DNA of 64,000 bases. Origin: an uncultured Acidobacteriota bacterium (GTDB lineage: Bacteria > Acidobacteriota > UBA6911). Both the position numbers and the translations under genes were made by a program. The stretch covers positions 128,001 through 192,000 of the forward strand of contig CAWHCF010000002.1 of NCBI GenBank assembly GCA_963827655.1, read 5' to 3'. The notes below the pieces were generated by a model. It worked only from the letters and a program-made list of their open reading frames with translations, was not told where the DNA came from and did not search any database. Within the stretch, counting starts at the first letter, position 1. Every line of letters begins with the position of its first letter. This document shows, piece by piece, positions 42,003 to 51,987 of this stretch.

Positions 42003-44663
42003 ATGGACGCGACCCGGCGGGAAAGGCTCGGTGATGTGTTCGAACGCGCACTGGCGCTTCCCGTCGACCAGCGGCCCGCGTTTCTCGAAAGAGCTTGTCG
42101 GGACGACGCCGAACTGCACTCGGAGCTGATCTCGCTGCTGGCCTCGCACGAGGAGGCTCCGGACTGGCTGGAAGTACAGGCTGACGTAGTTCTCCCAGCG
42201 GCGCTCACCGGCATCGGCCAGGAGCTGCCCCCCGATCCTTCGATCGGGTCGAAAGTCTCACACTACGAAATCCTGGAGGAGCTCGGCGGCGGGGGCATGG
42301 GCCTCGTCTACAAAGCCCGCGATCTCGCACTCGATCGACTGGTCGCGCTCAAATTCCTGCCGGCTCACCTGAGCGCCGACGCGGAGGCGCAGGAACGTCT
42401 TAAGTCGGAGGCAAGGGCCGTCTCGGCCCTCGATCATCCGAACATCGCGGTCGTACATGAGATTGCAGCGACCGATCCTCCTCCCGGGTCCCAGCAAGCA
42501 GCCCGGCTCTTCATCGTAATGGCCCACTACGGGGGTGAGACCATCAAGCGGAAGATCGCCCGCGGTCCATTGCCCTTCCGGATGGCTCTCGATTTCGCCC
42601 TGCAGGTGGCCGACGGGCTGAGCAGTGCGCACGAGGCCGGAATCGTCCACAGGGACATCAAACCAGCCAATCTGATCGTCACCGACCGCGGGCGCGTCAT
42701 GATTGTGGATTTCGGATTGGCCAAGGCGGTCACCGGTGAGGTGACTGCGGAGGCGATCGCACTCGGGACGGCCGCGTACATGAGCCCCGAGCAGACGCGC
42801 GGTGGTCCCGTCGATCACCGAACGGACATCTGGTCGCTGGGCGTGACGTTCTACGAGATGTTAACGGGCCGGCGTCCGTTCCGGGGCGAGAGCGATGGGA
42901 CGCTGGCGCGCGCCATTCGCGACGACGAGCCCGAGCCGGTGGAGCGGCTGCGTCCCGAGATCCCACTCCCCCTCGCTGACATGGTTCAGCGCTGCCTCGC
43001 GAAGGATTCGGCCAACCGGTATCAACGCTGTGAAGATTTTATGGTCGCCCTACAGAGCGTCGATCCGCGAAGCACTCCCGTACGGCAAAGCATCTGGCTT
43101 CGCTTGTGGCGCAGGCCAGCTTGGCGGTACGCCGCGATGCTCGGCCTGATCGGATCGATCCTCCTGGGATCATTCTATGGGATGCAGCTGTTGAAGCAAC
43201 CAGACCCCTCCAGTTCGGCAGGTGATTCCGTTCTTGCCGCACCGCCGCAACTTGCCGTGCTGCCCTTTATCAACCTGCAAGCGAATGCGGAGACCGACTT
43301 TCTCGGCTATGCCCTCGCCGATCAGATCATCAGCCAGATAGGCTATGTGCGCGACCTGGTCGCGCGTCCCTCAAGCGCGGTGCGCCGGTACCAGGGAAAG
43401 ACGGTCGATCCTCGGCAGGTGGCGAAGGAGCTGCACGTCCAGTATGTGCTGACCGGGAACTACATAAAGGAAGGAGCCACGCTTCGCTTGAATGTCGAGC
43501 TGGTGAAGGCCGTCACTAACGAGGTGGTGTGGCGCGAGGGCATTCACGTGGCCTACGACAGTCTGCTCGGCCTGCAAGACCGGGTTGCCGAGACGGTTTC
43601 CCGGAAGCTGGCTCTTGGCTTCACTCGTCAAGAGCGGGCGCGGATGCAAAAAGACGCGTCCGCGCATCCGCTCGCGTATCACTACTACCTGCGCGCGCTC
43701 GCGCAGCCCGTCGGCACCGAGGAAGGCCTTCGTTCTGGCCGCGAACTGCTGATCCGCTCCGTAGAGCTGGATGCGTCGTTTGCGTCCGCACTTGCCGCGC
43801 TCGGGTTTCGCTCCTACGTGCTCGGCCACACGGGCTATGTCGCCGGGGAGGAGCGCCGCCGGATGCTCTCTGAAGCGGAACAGGCGCTTCAGAAAGCCCT
43901 CGCACTGAACGCGGAGCTGCTGAGCGGCCTCAGTTACCTGGCTATTCTTTATCTCGAGACGGCGCGCATCGAAGAAGCGTTGGACGTTGCGCAGCGGGCC
44001 CTTGCGATCAATCCGAACAGCTCGGACGCCTCAATTTCGCTCGGCCACATCTACCGGTTCGCCGGCGTATTTGACGAATCGGAGCGCACCTTCGCGCGGG
44101 CGAAGATGCTCGATCCCTATAATCCGAGATTGATCACGTCCGGCCTCACGTACCTCTACCACGCAAGGTACGACCAGGCGCTGGAGATGTTCGCTCTGAC
44201 CGAGCAGTACGCCCCGTTTTCGCTGCTTTGGCAGGGCATGGCCCTCCTGGAGATGGGTCAGCTGGAGGAGGCTCGCAAGCGGTTCGATGCCGTTCTAGCG
44301 ACGCGCACCACGAGCTCAGCGCGCTGGGTGGCCGAGGCCCATCTCGCGTACATGGCGCGCAATCTCGATCAAGGGCTGGCGGCGGTGCGCGTTCTGGAGC
44401 GTACGTTTGCGCCGGCCGGTGAAGGCGGAGAGGCGCTGTACCATTACGGCCGGCTGTACATCGCGCTCGGCGACTCGACCTCGGGGATCACCATGCTGGA
44501 GCGGGCGATAGACCGCGGGTTTTTCCCATATCCTTACCTCCGGGTCGATCGGTTCCTCGACCGCGCCCGCGCCGAGCCTGACTTCAACCGCGTCCTCGCA
44601 AAGGCAGAGACGCGCCACGAGACGTTCAAGAAAAGACTGTCGCGCGGCAGGCAATCACTGTAG
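42003..44663 (+). CDS. Hanks-type Ser/Thr protein kinase with TM helix, TolB-N-like and TPR domains
   Basis: GGGGMG, VALK, HRDIKPAN, DFG, YMSPE, DIWSLG; LAVLPF motif; TPR-like C-terminus. Confidence 0.92.
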   Translation: MDATRRERLGDVFERALALPVDQRPAFLERACRDDAELHSELISLLASHEEAPDWLEVQADVVLPAALTGIGQELPPDPSIGSKVSHYEILEELGGGGMGLVYKARDLALDRLVALKFLPAHLSADAEAQERLKSEARAVSALDHPNIAVVHEIAATDPPPGSQQAARLFIVMAHYGGETIKRKIARGPLPFRMALDFALQVADGLSSAHEAGIVHRDIKPANLIVTDRGRVMIVDFGLAKAVTGEVTAEAIALGTAAYMSPEQTRGGPVDHRTDIWSLGVTFYEMLTGRRPFRGESDGTLARAIRDDEPEPVERLRPEIPLPLADMVQRCLAKDSANRYQRCEDFMVALQSVDPRSTPVRQSIWLRLWRRPAWRYAAMLGLIGSILLGSFYGMQLLKQPDPSSSAGDSVLAAPPQLAVLPFINLQANAETDFLGYALADQIISQIGYVRDLVARPSSAVRRYQGKTVDPRQVAKELHVQYVLTGNYIKEGATLRLNVELVKAVTNEVVWREGIHVAYDSLLGLQDRVAETVSRKLALGFTRQERARMQKDASAHPLAYHYYLRALAQPVGTEEGLRSGRELLIRSVELDASFASALAALGFRSYVLGHTGYVAGEERRRMLSEAEQALQKALALNAELLSGLSYLAILYLETARIEEALDVAQRALAINPNSSDASISLGHIYRFAGVFDESERTFARAKMLDPYNPRLITSGLTYLYHARYDQALEMFALTEQYAPFSLLWQGMALLEMGQLEEARKRFDAVLATRTTSSARWVAEAHLAYMARNLDQGLAAVRVLERTFAPAGEGGEALYHYGRLYIALGDSTSGITMLERAIDRGFFPYPYLRVDRFLDRARAEPDFNRVLAKAETRHETFKKRLSRGRQSL

Positions 44664-44723
44664 CGTGCGGGACCACGTTATCAAGCGAGCATCTCCCCAA
44701 CAGTGCTCTCTTCCGTGGCGTAG

Positions 44724-44761
44724 AGCCCGGGGCCGGACGAACGGTTGTCCGGTCCGGGCTC
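44724..44761. terminator. GC-rich hairpin between convergent genes
   Basis: gagcccggggccggacgaacggttgtccggtccgggctc is an imperfect inverted repeat; no strong U-tract. Confidence 0.4.
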
Positions 44762-44995
44762 GATTCACTTGAAGCTGATCTTGATGCTTATCGTCACGTT
44801 GTCGCAATCGAACCTGGATACTGGAACGACCGGCCATTCTGGAGCGCGCCGTGGGCGATCATGGTCGAATGGCCGGGGTCTGCTAGCCTGGTTCGAGTTG
44901 TGTATGATCATAGGGAAGTCGCGTCTTACAGTAACCGCGCGCGTTCGTTCATGGCCAGGTCAGGAGGCCCTAGTCTGGGTGGCGACAGGACGTTC

Positions 44996-46066
44996 TCACT
45001 TGCCGCAGCCGTCGGCCAGGATCTGTTCGATCGACACGAGCAGGGCAATGTCGTTGATCGTGAAGCCAACTGCATTCGTGACCGGCAGGACTCCGTTCGC
45101 TCGCCACTCCATCAGAGTGGCAAAGTTGTCCGCCAGGACTTCCTCGGGGTGGATGATGAAGTTCGAGTTGCGTCTCATCAGCGGTACCCAATTCGTGTTG
45201 CCGAACGTGTAGGCGATGAGGGTGCCGTTGCTGTGCCGGAGGGCCTCACTGGTACTGGTATCAACGGCAAGGAGAAGGATGTCGAGTGCATCGAAAAAGT
45301 TCGGGAGCAGGATAGCCTCCTCCAGCGGCACCAGAGACTGAATCACCGGCACGACGTCCGCGCTCCCGGATGCGGTTTGAACGGTCACCGCGTGTTCGTA
45401 GGTGTACGCGTCCGGGTTACTCACGCGACGTTCCTCGAGCTCCGCCGGAAACTCAATACCGTCAAACCGATTGGCTCCAAGAAGAGCATAGGTCTTGTCG
45501 CGCAGGTCAGAATCGTTTCGGGACAGGACGTGAAAGAGCTCGTGCGCAAGCAGGAAGAATGCATTGCGCGGTTGGGTGGCGGCCAGGCCGGCCAACCTTT
45601 GCGGGAACATGATCGCTCGTTGCCGCGTGTACGCCGCGTCGAATTCTTCCTTTCCCGTGGTCTTTACCAAGTCGATGTTTGGCAGGTCCACGCCCAGATC
45701 TTCCATCGCGTGGCTCAACTTGTCGATCATCGCCCCCCAACTCGCGCGCTCCTCGGGGGTCCACTTCAAGGCTGCTTCGGAAGCGAAGTCGAGGAACTCG
45801 TGCAGCCTCGTCGGTTGTGCTGTCTGCTGGCGGACGCCCAAATCAAAGGCACTCAATTGCCGCGCCCAGTCATCCTTCTTTCCAAGAATTGTACTTGCCC
45901 GATCAGCGCTCGCGAACTGCAGCCGGTCGGAAAGGGTCTTATTCTTGCACGAAGAAGCATGCTTGTCGGTGCTGCTGAAGGTACCCGGCTTCGCCCCTTC
46001 GTCGGCGGTGGCCGACGCGGTGAGCGCGAGGACGAAAACCAGCGGCAGTGTTCCCAGAGTCTTCAT
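44996..46066 (-). CDS. Secreted hypothetical protein with zincin-like HExxH motif
   Basis: AAGGAGG RBS, ATG 46066, signal MKTLGTLPLVFVLALTASATA; AYTR, HELFH, HPEEVLADNF. Confidence 0.75.
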   Translation of the reverse strand: MKTLGTLPLVFVLALTASATADEGAKPGTFSSTDKHASSCKNKTLSDRLQFASADRASTILGKKDDWARQLSAFDLGVRQQTAQPTRLHEFLDFASEAALKWTPEERASWGAMIDKLSHAMEDLGVDLPNIDLVKTTGKEEFDAAYTRQRAIMFPQRLAGLAATQPRNAFFLLAHELFHVLSRNDSDLRDKTYALLGANRFDGIEFPAELEERRVSNPDAYTYEHAVTVQTASGSADVVPVIQSLVPLEEAILLPNFFDALDILLLAVDTSTSEALRHSNGTLIAYTFGNTNWVPLMRRNSNFIIHPEEVLADNFATLMEWRANGVLPVTNAVGFTINDIALLVSIEQILADGCGK

Positions 46067-46793
46067 TGCGACCTCCTTCATTTGATTTAGGTGTATTGTC
46101 AAAACTTTCAAACATTAAGCCGCCAACTCGTTGTTTCAACGAGATGGTTGCCCTCCGTCCTTTTCCCCCCGCGCTTGCAGAAACATTGCGTGAGCTGCGC
46201 GAATGAAGGTGTGTGATTGTGTGGAATCTGTCATTGCGGCCTCATGGAATTCCTGGCACTACCCGTCATTTGCCGGTGGAGTTTGTCTAGGACCGAAGAG
46301 GCCGAGCGGGTCGGGGTGACCGGCGCAACTCAGTCTCGGCTCCTCATCCTCGAATACACGGCTCTGGACAAAAGGGGGCCATCGCCGGTCCCGTTTTCCT
46401 TGGACGTTCTGGAGTGACCGCGATTCTTGCAGAGGCGATTGTCAAGCCCTTGAGTCTGCGGCCGTGAGCCGTAGTGGGCATCAGCGATCGTAAGGGACAC
46501 GGTCGATGCTGCAAGTGCCGCGACTCTGTCTGAAAAAGGGCGCCAAAAACGTGTCAGGAGAGTATCGAATGACGTGCTGTTACCGCGGCACCTCGATGCG
46601 AATTATGCTCGGATGCTTCGTGCGTGCCACGTGGCACTGGGCGCCACCGACGGCGCACCTCGAGCTCGGCTGGCGCACGGCAGGACCCCAGGAGAGCCGA
46701 GGTTGGTGCGGGCGCAGACGGACGGCCATCTCGCGAGGAGATTCTCCCCCCAATTTTCTCTTAGGACCGGCACTGACGCGGATCTTCGTCCGC

Positions 46794-48281
46794 TCAGCGG
46801 CGAACGGGATCAGGCTGAGGCGACCTGGATGGCGGTCGGATGCCGTAGAGCATCTTCGTCCGCAGCTCGATGCTTTGGCTTAGCGCCTCGCCCAGATGCA
46901 GGCCGTTCATGGCTTCCGCGTTGTTATACCAGGTCAGGTACTGACGGGCCAGATCGGGCTCGCCGGCCTTGTAGAGGGCTTGCGCCGTTTGCTCCACCGT
47001 GGGTTGCCCCGAGATGAGCCGCGACTCGAAGGCTTCGAGCGCTTGCGTGACCTCGGGCAGGAATTCCCGACTGCGCTCTTCGGTCAAGTAGAACAGTCTC
47101 TTGAATACGTGGAACGCGTAGCGCGTGGATTCGATACCGCGGAAGGCGGCGTCCATGAATCCGTCGGCCTCGCCTTCGGTAAGATATCGGTGCCGTTTGA
47201 ACTCCGGCGGAACGTCGTTGACTCCCACGTGGTTTGGGATAAACGGAGCCGTGACAGGCGTCGTGGCGGCGATCCAGAGCACACCCAGATCCTGATGGAT
47301 GTCCTTGCGCAAGTGGGCGACCTGTCCATATCCCGCTGAATCGCGCGTGACTTCGGTCGTCCGCACAGCGGCGATGATTTCTTTCAGGCTGATCTGACCC
47401 TTCCGTTTGCGAAGTCGTTCCTCGATCAGTACCACTGCTTCGTGCCGCATCTTTCCATCGCCATACACCCGGTTCACATTGAATGGCTGGCCGGATTTGG
47501 GGTCGTGCCAACCCTGCTTCTCCGCGAACGAAATCAGGTTGGGCGAACCCATGTAGCCCGGCCGAGTCCGGAAATCGACTGGAATCTCGCCGATATAGCC
47601 GGGGCGGGAAACGCGGATGTCGTCCGGGCCAAGCCGCTCGGCGACCCAGAGTCCTTGCCCTCCGGCAAATTCGATCAGGATCCAGCCTTCGGCAGGATCG
47701 GCGAACAGATGCGAATTACCTCCGTAGGTCGAGTAACCATATTTGTCGATCAGCGCGCCAATAATCTCGACTGCCTCTCGGGCGGTTTTGGCACGCTCCA
47801 TGACGATGCGCGACAGGTCGCTGTAGTTCGGTCCGCGCTGGGGGTTGGGTGTCATCTTCCGTAATTCCTCACGAGACGGCGACCAGATGTCTCGCGCGGC
47901 CACGTGATGTTCGTTGAGTCCCCCGTTGGTTAGCGGCGCCGGAAAGCCGGCGAACGCGGAGTAGTTCATGGTGATGTATTTCAGGGTCTGGGCAACCTGG
48001 GGAATTTCTATGAGAACTCCCGGGTATCGCGCGGCCGCGGTCCCGCCGACTTTGATGCTTGCCTGCGGTGGATGATCGCGCCGCGGGACAATCTCGAGCC
48101 AGTGACTGGACGGTTCGTCACCGTAGCCGGCAAGAAATACGCTGCCGTCGGCCGTGAGATTCTTGCCGACATAGATGCCGTAACTGGCAAAGGCACCCGA
48201 ATGCCAGACAAGCATGAGCAGTGCGATCGCCATCGCGATCATGGATCTCTTCCTTCCCGTCCGTGCTGGCTTCGTCGTCAT
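46794..48281 (-). CDS. C69-family (secernin/dipeptidase-like) Ntn hydrolase, secreted
   Basis: Signal peptide then SYGIYVGKNLTADGS; GGLNEH, ERAKTAREAV..IG.LI..YG, ADP.EGW..E. Confidence 0.8.
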   Translation of the reverse strand: MTTKPARTGRKRSMIAMAIALLMLVWHSGAFASYGIYVGKNLTADGSVFLAGYGDEPSSHWLEIVPRRDHPPQASIKVGGTAAARYPGVLIEIPQVAQTLKYITMNYSAFAGFPAPLTNGGLNEHHVAARDIWSPSREELRKMTPNPQRGPNYSDLSRIVMERAKTAREAVEIIGALIDKYGYSTYGGNSHLFADPAEGWILIEFAGGQGLWVAERLGPDDIRVSRPGYIGEIPVDFRTRPGYMGSPNLISFAEKQGWHDPKSGQPFNVNRVYGDGKMRHEAVVLIEERLRKRKGQISLKEIIAAVRTTEVTRDSAGYGQVAHLRKDIHQDLGVLWIAATTPVTAPFIPNHVGVNDVPPEFKRHRYLTEGEADGFMDAAFRGIESTRYAFHVFKRLFYLTEERSREFLPEVTQALEAFESRLISGQPTVEQTAQALYKAGEPDLARQYLTWYNNAEAMNGLHLGEALSQSIELRTKMLYGIRPPSRSPQPDPVRR

Positions 48282-48304
48282 GTCTCTCTACTCCTTGCTA
48301 CCTG

Positions 48305-48370
48305 CGTTTCTTCGTGTCTTCGTGGTTAGAGCTGTCTAACAAATACCACGAAGACCCAAAGACACGAAAA
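48305..48370. repeat. Family-1 repeat, inverted pair in a divergent intergenic region
   Basis: cgtttcttcgtgtcttcgtggttag ... caaataccacgaagacccaaagacacgaaaa. Confidence 0.75.
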
Positions 48371-48427
48371 CACTGCGTGATTTGATTTGACGCGTCGCCG
48401 CCCACTGTGCAAGGCTGAATTCATCCC

Positions 48428-48442
48428 TGGCACCCTCTTTGC
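48428..48442 (+). promoter_or_regulatory. Sigma54 (-24/-12) promoter for TonB receptor no. 3
   Basis: TGGCAC-cctct-TTGC with exact GG-N10-GC spacing, about 29 nt before the ATG. Confidence 0.6.
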
Positions 48443-48470
48443 CAATTCAATCCCCCTACGGAGGCATTTC

Positions 48471-51400
48471 ATGACTCGACTTCTGCTCGGCGTTGCCTTG
48501 GTCCCCGTCGCCGCTCTTGCCCTCTGGGCCCAGAGCTTTACGGCTAACCTGACGGGTGTCGTGACCGACCCTCAGGGGGGTGTCATTGCCGGGGCCGACG
48601 TAGTCCTCACTAACACAGCGACGGGACAGGCCCGGACGGCCATTACAAGCAGCGACGGACGTTACACGTTCTCTCAGCTCAACCCGTCGACCTACGGCCT
48701 TTCCGTCAAGCTCGTCGGCTTCAAGGAGTACAACCAGACAGGCATCCTGCTCTCGACCAACCAATCGGTCGAGCTCAACGTGAAGCTCGAGGTCGGAAAT
48801 CTGGCCGAGACGATCGAGATCACAGCCGAAACGCCGCTGCTCGACACGCGAACTGCGAATCAGTCGGTGACGCTGGAAAGCCGGGCGATCCAGGACTTGC
48901 CGGTCAATGCGCGCAATCCGTTCGTGCTCGCCCACGCGACTGCGGGCGTCGTGGCTGTCCGCACGGGTGTGTCGACGGCGACCCAGGACCAGAACCATAA
49001 CCGAATCGCGATGAACGGGGGTCGCGATGAAACGGTGCTCGTGCTGATCGACGGCGTTCCGGCGTCGGCGGGCGACTGGGGTGGCCTGATTGCGACTCCC
49101 GGCGTCGACTCGGTCAACGAGGCGCAGATCGTGCGCAACACATACGAGGCGCAGTTCGGCAAGACCGGCGGCGGCGTGATCAATCTGACGTCGAAAGGCG
49201 GCTCGCAGGACTATCACGGCACGTTGTTCGAATACCACCGGAACGACGAGCTCGATGCCAATAGCTGGTTCAACAACAAGTTCAACCGACCGAAGTCGGA
49301 ATTCAAGCGCAACCAGTACGGCGGCAACATCGGCGGCCCGATCTGGAAGAGCAAGCGGATTTACGGGTTCTTCGGTTACGAGGGCCTGCGGCAGGGGACC
49401 CCCTCGTCCCGCACCGCCACCGTCCCGACCGAGCTCGCAGCGCCAGGGCGATTTCTCCCAGACCTTCAACGCTGACGGCTCGCTCGCGGTCATCTACGAT
49501 CCCCTCACCACGCGGGCGGACCCGGCCAACCCCGGACGTTTCTTGCGCGACCCGTTTCCGGGTAACCGAATCCCATCCAACCGGTTCGATGCTGTCGGAG
49601 TCAATGCCCTGAAGCTCTTTCCGCTTCCGAACGTCGCCGGCACCGGGGCGGCGCAGATCAACAACTACTTCAAGACCGGAACCGAGGCGGTTACGAACGA
49701 CCGCTACGACGCGCGCGTCGACTGGACCCCAAGCTCGCGCCATACCGTGTTCTGGCGCATGACGAAGTCGCCTCAGGCCGGGATCCGGCCGGAGCTGTTC
49801 GAACGCGACGCCGAGACGCAATGGGACGACTACAATCCGCGCTGGCACACCTCGCTCGGCAACACCTTCACGCTGAGCCCGAAAACGGTCGTCAACGTGC
49901 TGCTCGGCGGCGGCCAGTGGACCGAGAAGCAGATCTCCAAAGGCCTTGGTTACGACTTCACGGCGCTCGGTCTGTCGCCGTCCCTCGCGAGTCAGTTCAG
50001 CGTCGAGACACCCTTCGTCTGGAACTTTGGCGGCGATTATTCGGCCCTGGGCAACAACAGGCTCCTGATTTTCGCGCGCAACATCATCAACGCTCAGGTC
50101 AATGTCAGCCGCGAGTTTTCCGCGCACAGCTTGAAGTTCGGCTGGTCGGTCGAGTACTCGCAGCTCAACGACATCGACTTCAACTCCGGGACGTTCAATT
50201 TCGACCGGTTCTTTACCAGCGGGCCCGATCCCGACTCTCGCGTCGCGCGGGCGGGCAACTCCATCGCCTCACTGCTGGTTGGCGCCGGCTCGGGAGGCTC
50301 CGCTCCGGTGCCGATTGCCCCGGCGGCGACTCAGACCTACTGGGGTTTTTACGTCCAGGATGCCTGGAAGCTGACCCCGAAGCTCACCGTCAACTACGGG
50401 CTGCGGTACGAGCTCCAGCCAGGACGCACCGAGCGCTTCGACCGGTTCAACTACTTCGACCCGGCCGCGCCCAACCCGCTCGGGCCGAAAGTTGGGCTCC
50501 CGGACCTGCGGGGCGGACTGGTGTTCGTCGGCGACGACGACCGGTCTCAGTGGAGTCCGTCGTACCACGACTTTGCGCCCCGGATCGGACTCGCCTACAG
50601 GGTCAACGACCGCCTCGCCGTGCGGGCCGGCTACGGCGCCTTCTATCTGACCGCGGTCAACGTCGGGCCGCTGGTCGGCACCGACGGATTCTCCACGACG
50701 ACGCCCTGGCTATCGACGCTCGACAGCGGCCGAACCCCCAACAACCTCTTGCGTGATCCGTATCCGAGCGGATTGTCGCAGGCGACGGGAAGCTCGGCCG
50801 GGCTGGAGACCAATGCGGGGCTGGCGATCAATGCTTTCCTGCGCGACCGCCCGACGGCGTACATGCAGCAGTATAGCCTCGACCTCCAGTATGAGATCAG
50901 CAAGTCGATCGTGCTCGAGGTGGGGTACGTGGGCAATCAGGGGCGCCGGCTCGCGCTCGGGTACGGCGTCAACATCAACGAGATCCCTAGCTCGGCGCTC
51001 GCCCTCAGGGATGGGCTGCGGGAGCAGGTGACGAACCCGTTCTTCGGCTCGATCACGAGCGGGTCGCTCGCGGCACGCACGGTGGAACGGCGGCAGCTTC
51101 TGCGCCCCTACCCGCAGTTCGCCAACGTGACGATCCAGGACTTTCCCGGAGCATCGTCGAGCTACAACGCCCTGGTGGCGAAGGTCAACAAACGATTCTC
51201 CGACGGCCTCAGCCTGATCGCGACTTACCAATGGTCGAAGGCAATCGACAACGCCTCCGAAAACCAGGGTTGGGAGATCGTTGACGGCTACCGGAGCTAT
51301 AACAACCTCAGCCTCGAAAGGTCGATCAGCGGCCACGACATCCCGCAGAGCGTGGCGGTTGCGTGGATCTACGAGCTTCCCGTGGGCAGGGCCGGCAAGG

Positions 51401-51892
51401 TGGGGACAGGCCTCCATCCTGTGGTCAATGGCATCCTCGGCGGCTGGCAGGTGAGCGGAATCTACCGCTGGACCTCGGGGCTGCCGCTGCGGTTTTCGGC
51501 GCCCGACAACGTGTTCGCGTTCGGCGGAGGGCAATACCCTGACGTTACCGATCTGAAGGCGAGCGAGGCTCGAACAGAAGACGATCGACCGCTGGTTCAA
51601 CACGGCCGTCTTCGCCCAGCCGGCGCCCTACACGCTCGGCAACGCGCCACGTTGGTTCTCCAACATCCGCTATGACCACACGGACAACTGGGACATCGCG
51701 CTGGCTAAGAACTGGCAGGTCCTGGAGTCGATCCGGATCCAGTTCCGGGCGGAAATGTTCAACGCGTTCAACCGTGTTCAGTTCGGGAGAGCCAACACGA
51801 CGTTCGGCGCCGCGGCCTTCGGCACCGTGGCCGGCACGGCGCCTGGCGCCGGCCCGCGTAACATCCAGTTCGGCCTGCGCGTCGCATTCTGA
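48471..51892 (+). CDS. TonB-dependent receptor (Oar-like) no. 3 (frameshifts near 49440 and 51565)
   Basis: GGAGG RBS; signal MTRLLLGVALV; LTGVVTDPQG, LPVNARN, FEYHRND; C-terminus IQFGLRVAF-stop. Confidence 0.88.
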
Positions 51893-51914
51893 AGGAGCGC
51901 GGCGAGAGCAAAAC

Positions 51915-51986
51915 GATTCTTCTTCGTGTCTTCGTGTCTTGGTGGTTAGCACAGCTCTAACCACAAAGACACGAAGACGCCGAAAA
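51915..51986. repeat. Family-1 repeat, inverted pair between convergent genes (probable bidirectional terminator)
   Basis: ttcttcgtgtcttcgtgtcttggtggttag ... ctaaccacaaagacacgaagac. Confidence 0.8.
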
Positions 51987-51987
51987 T

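Noticed and set aside
46140-46790. Possible small genes or riboswitch in the long intergenic regions (also 25900-26250, 59420-59820, 63760-64000)
   Set aside because: No recognisable protein motif, RBS-start pairing or known riboswitch consensus.
1673-51986. CRISPR array from the recurring GACACGAAG repeat
   Set aside because: Copies are dispersed, degenerate and not separated by regular spacers; no cas genes.
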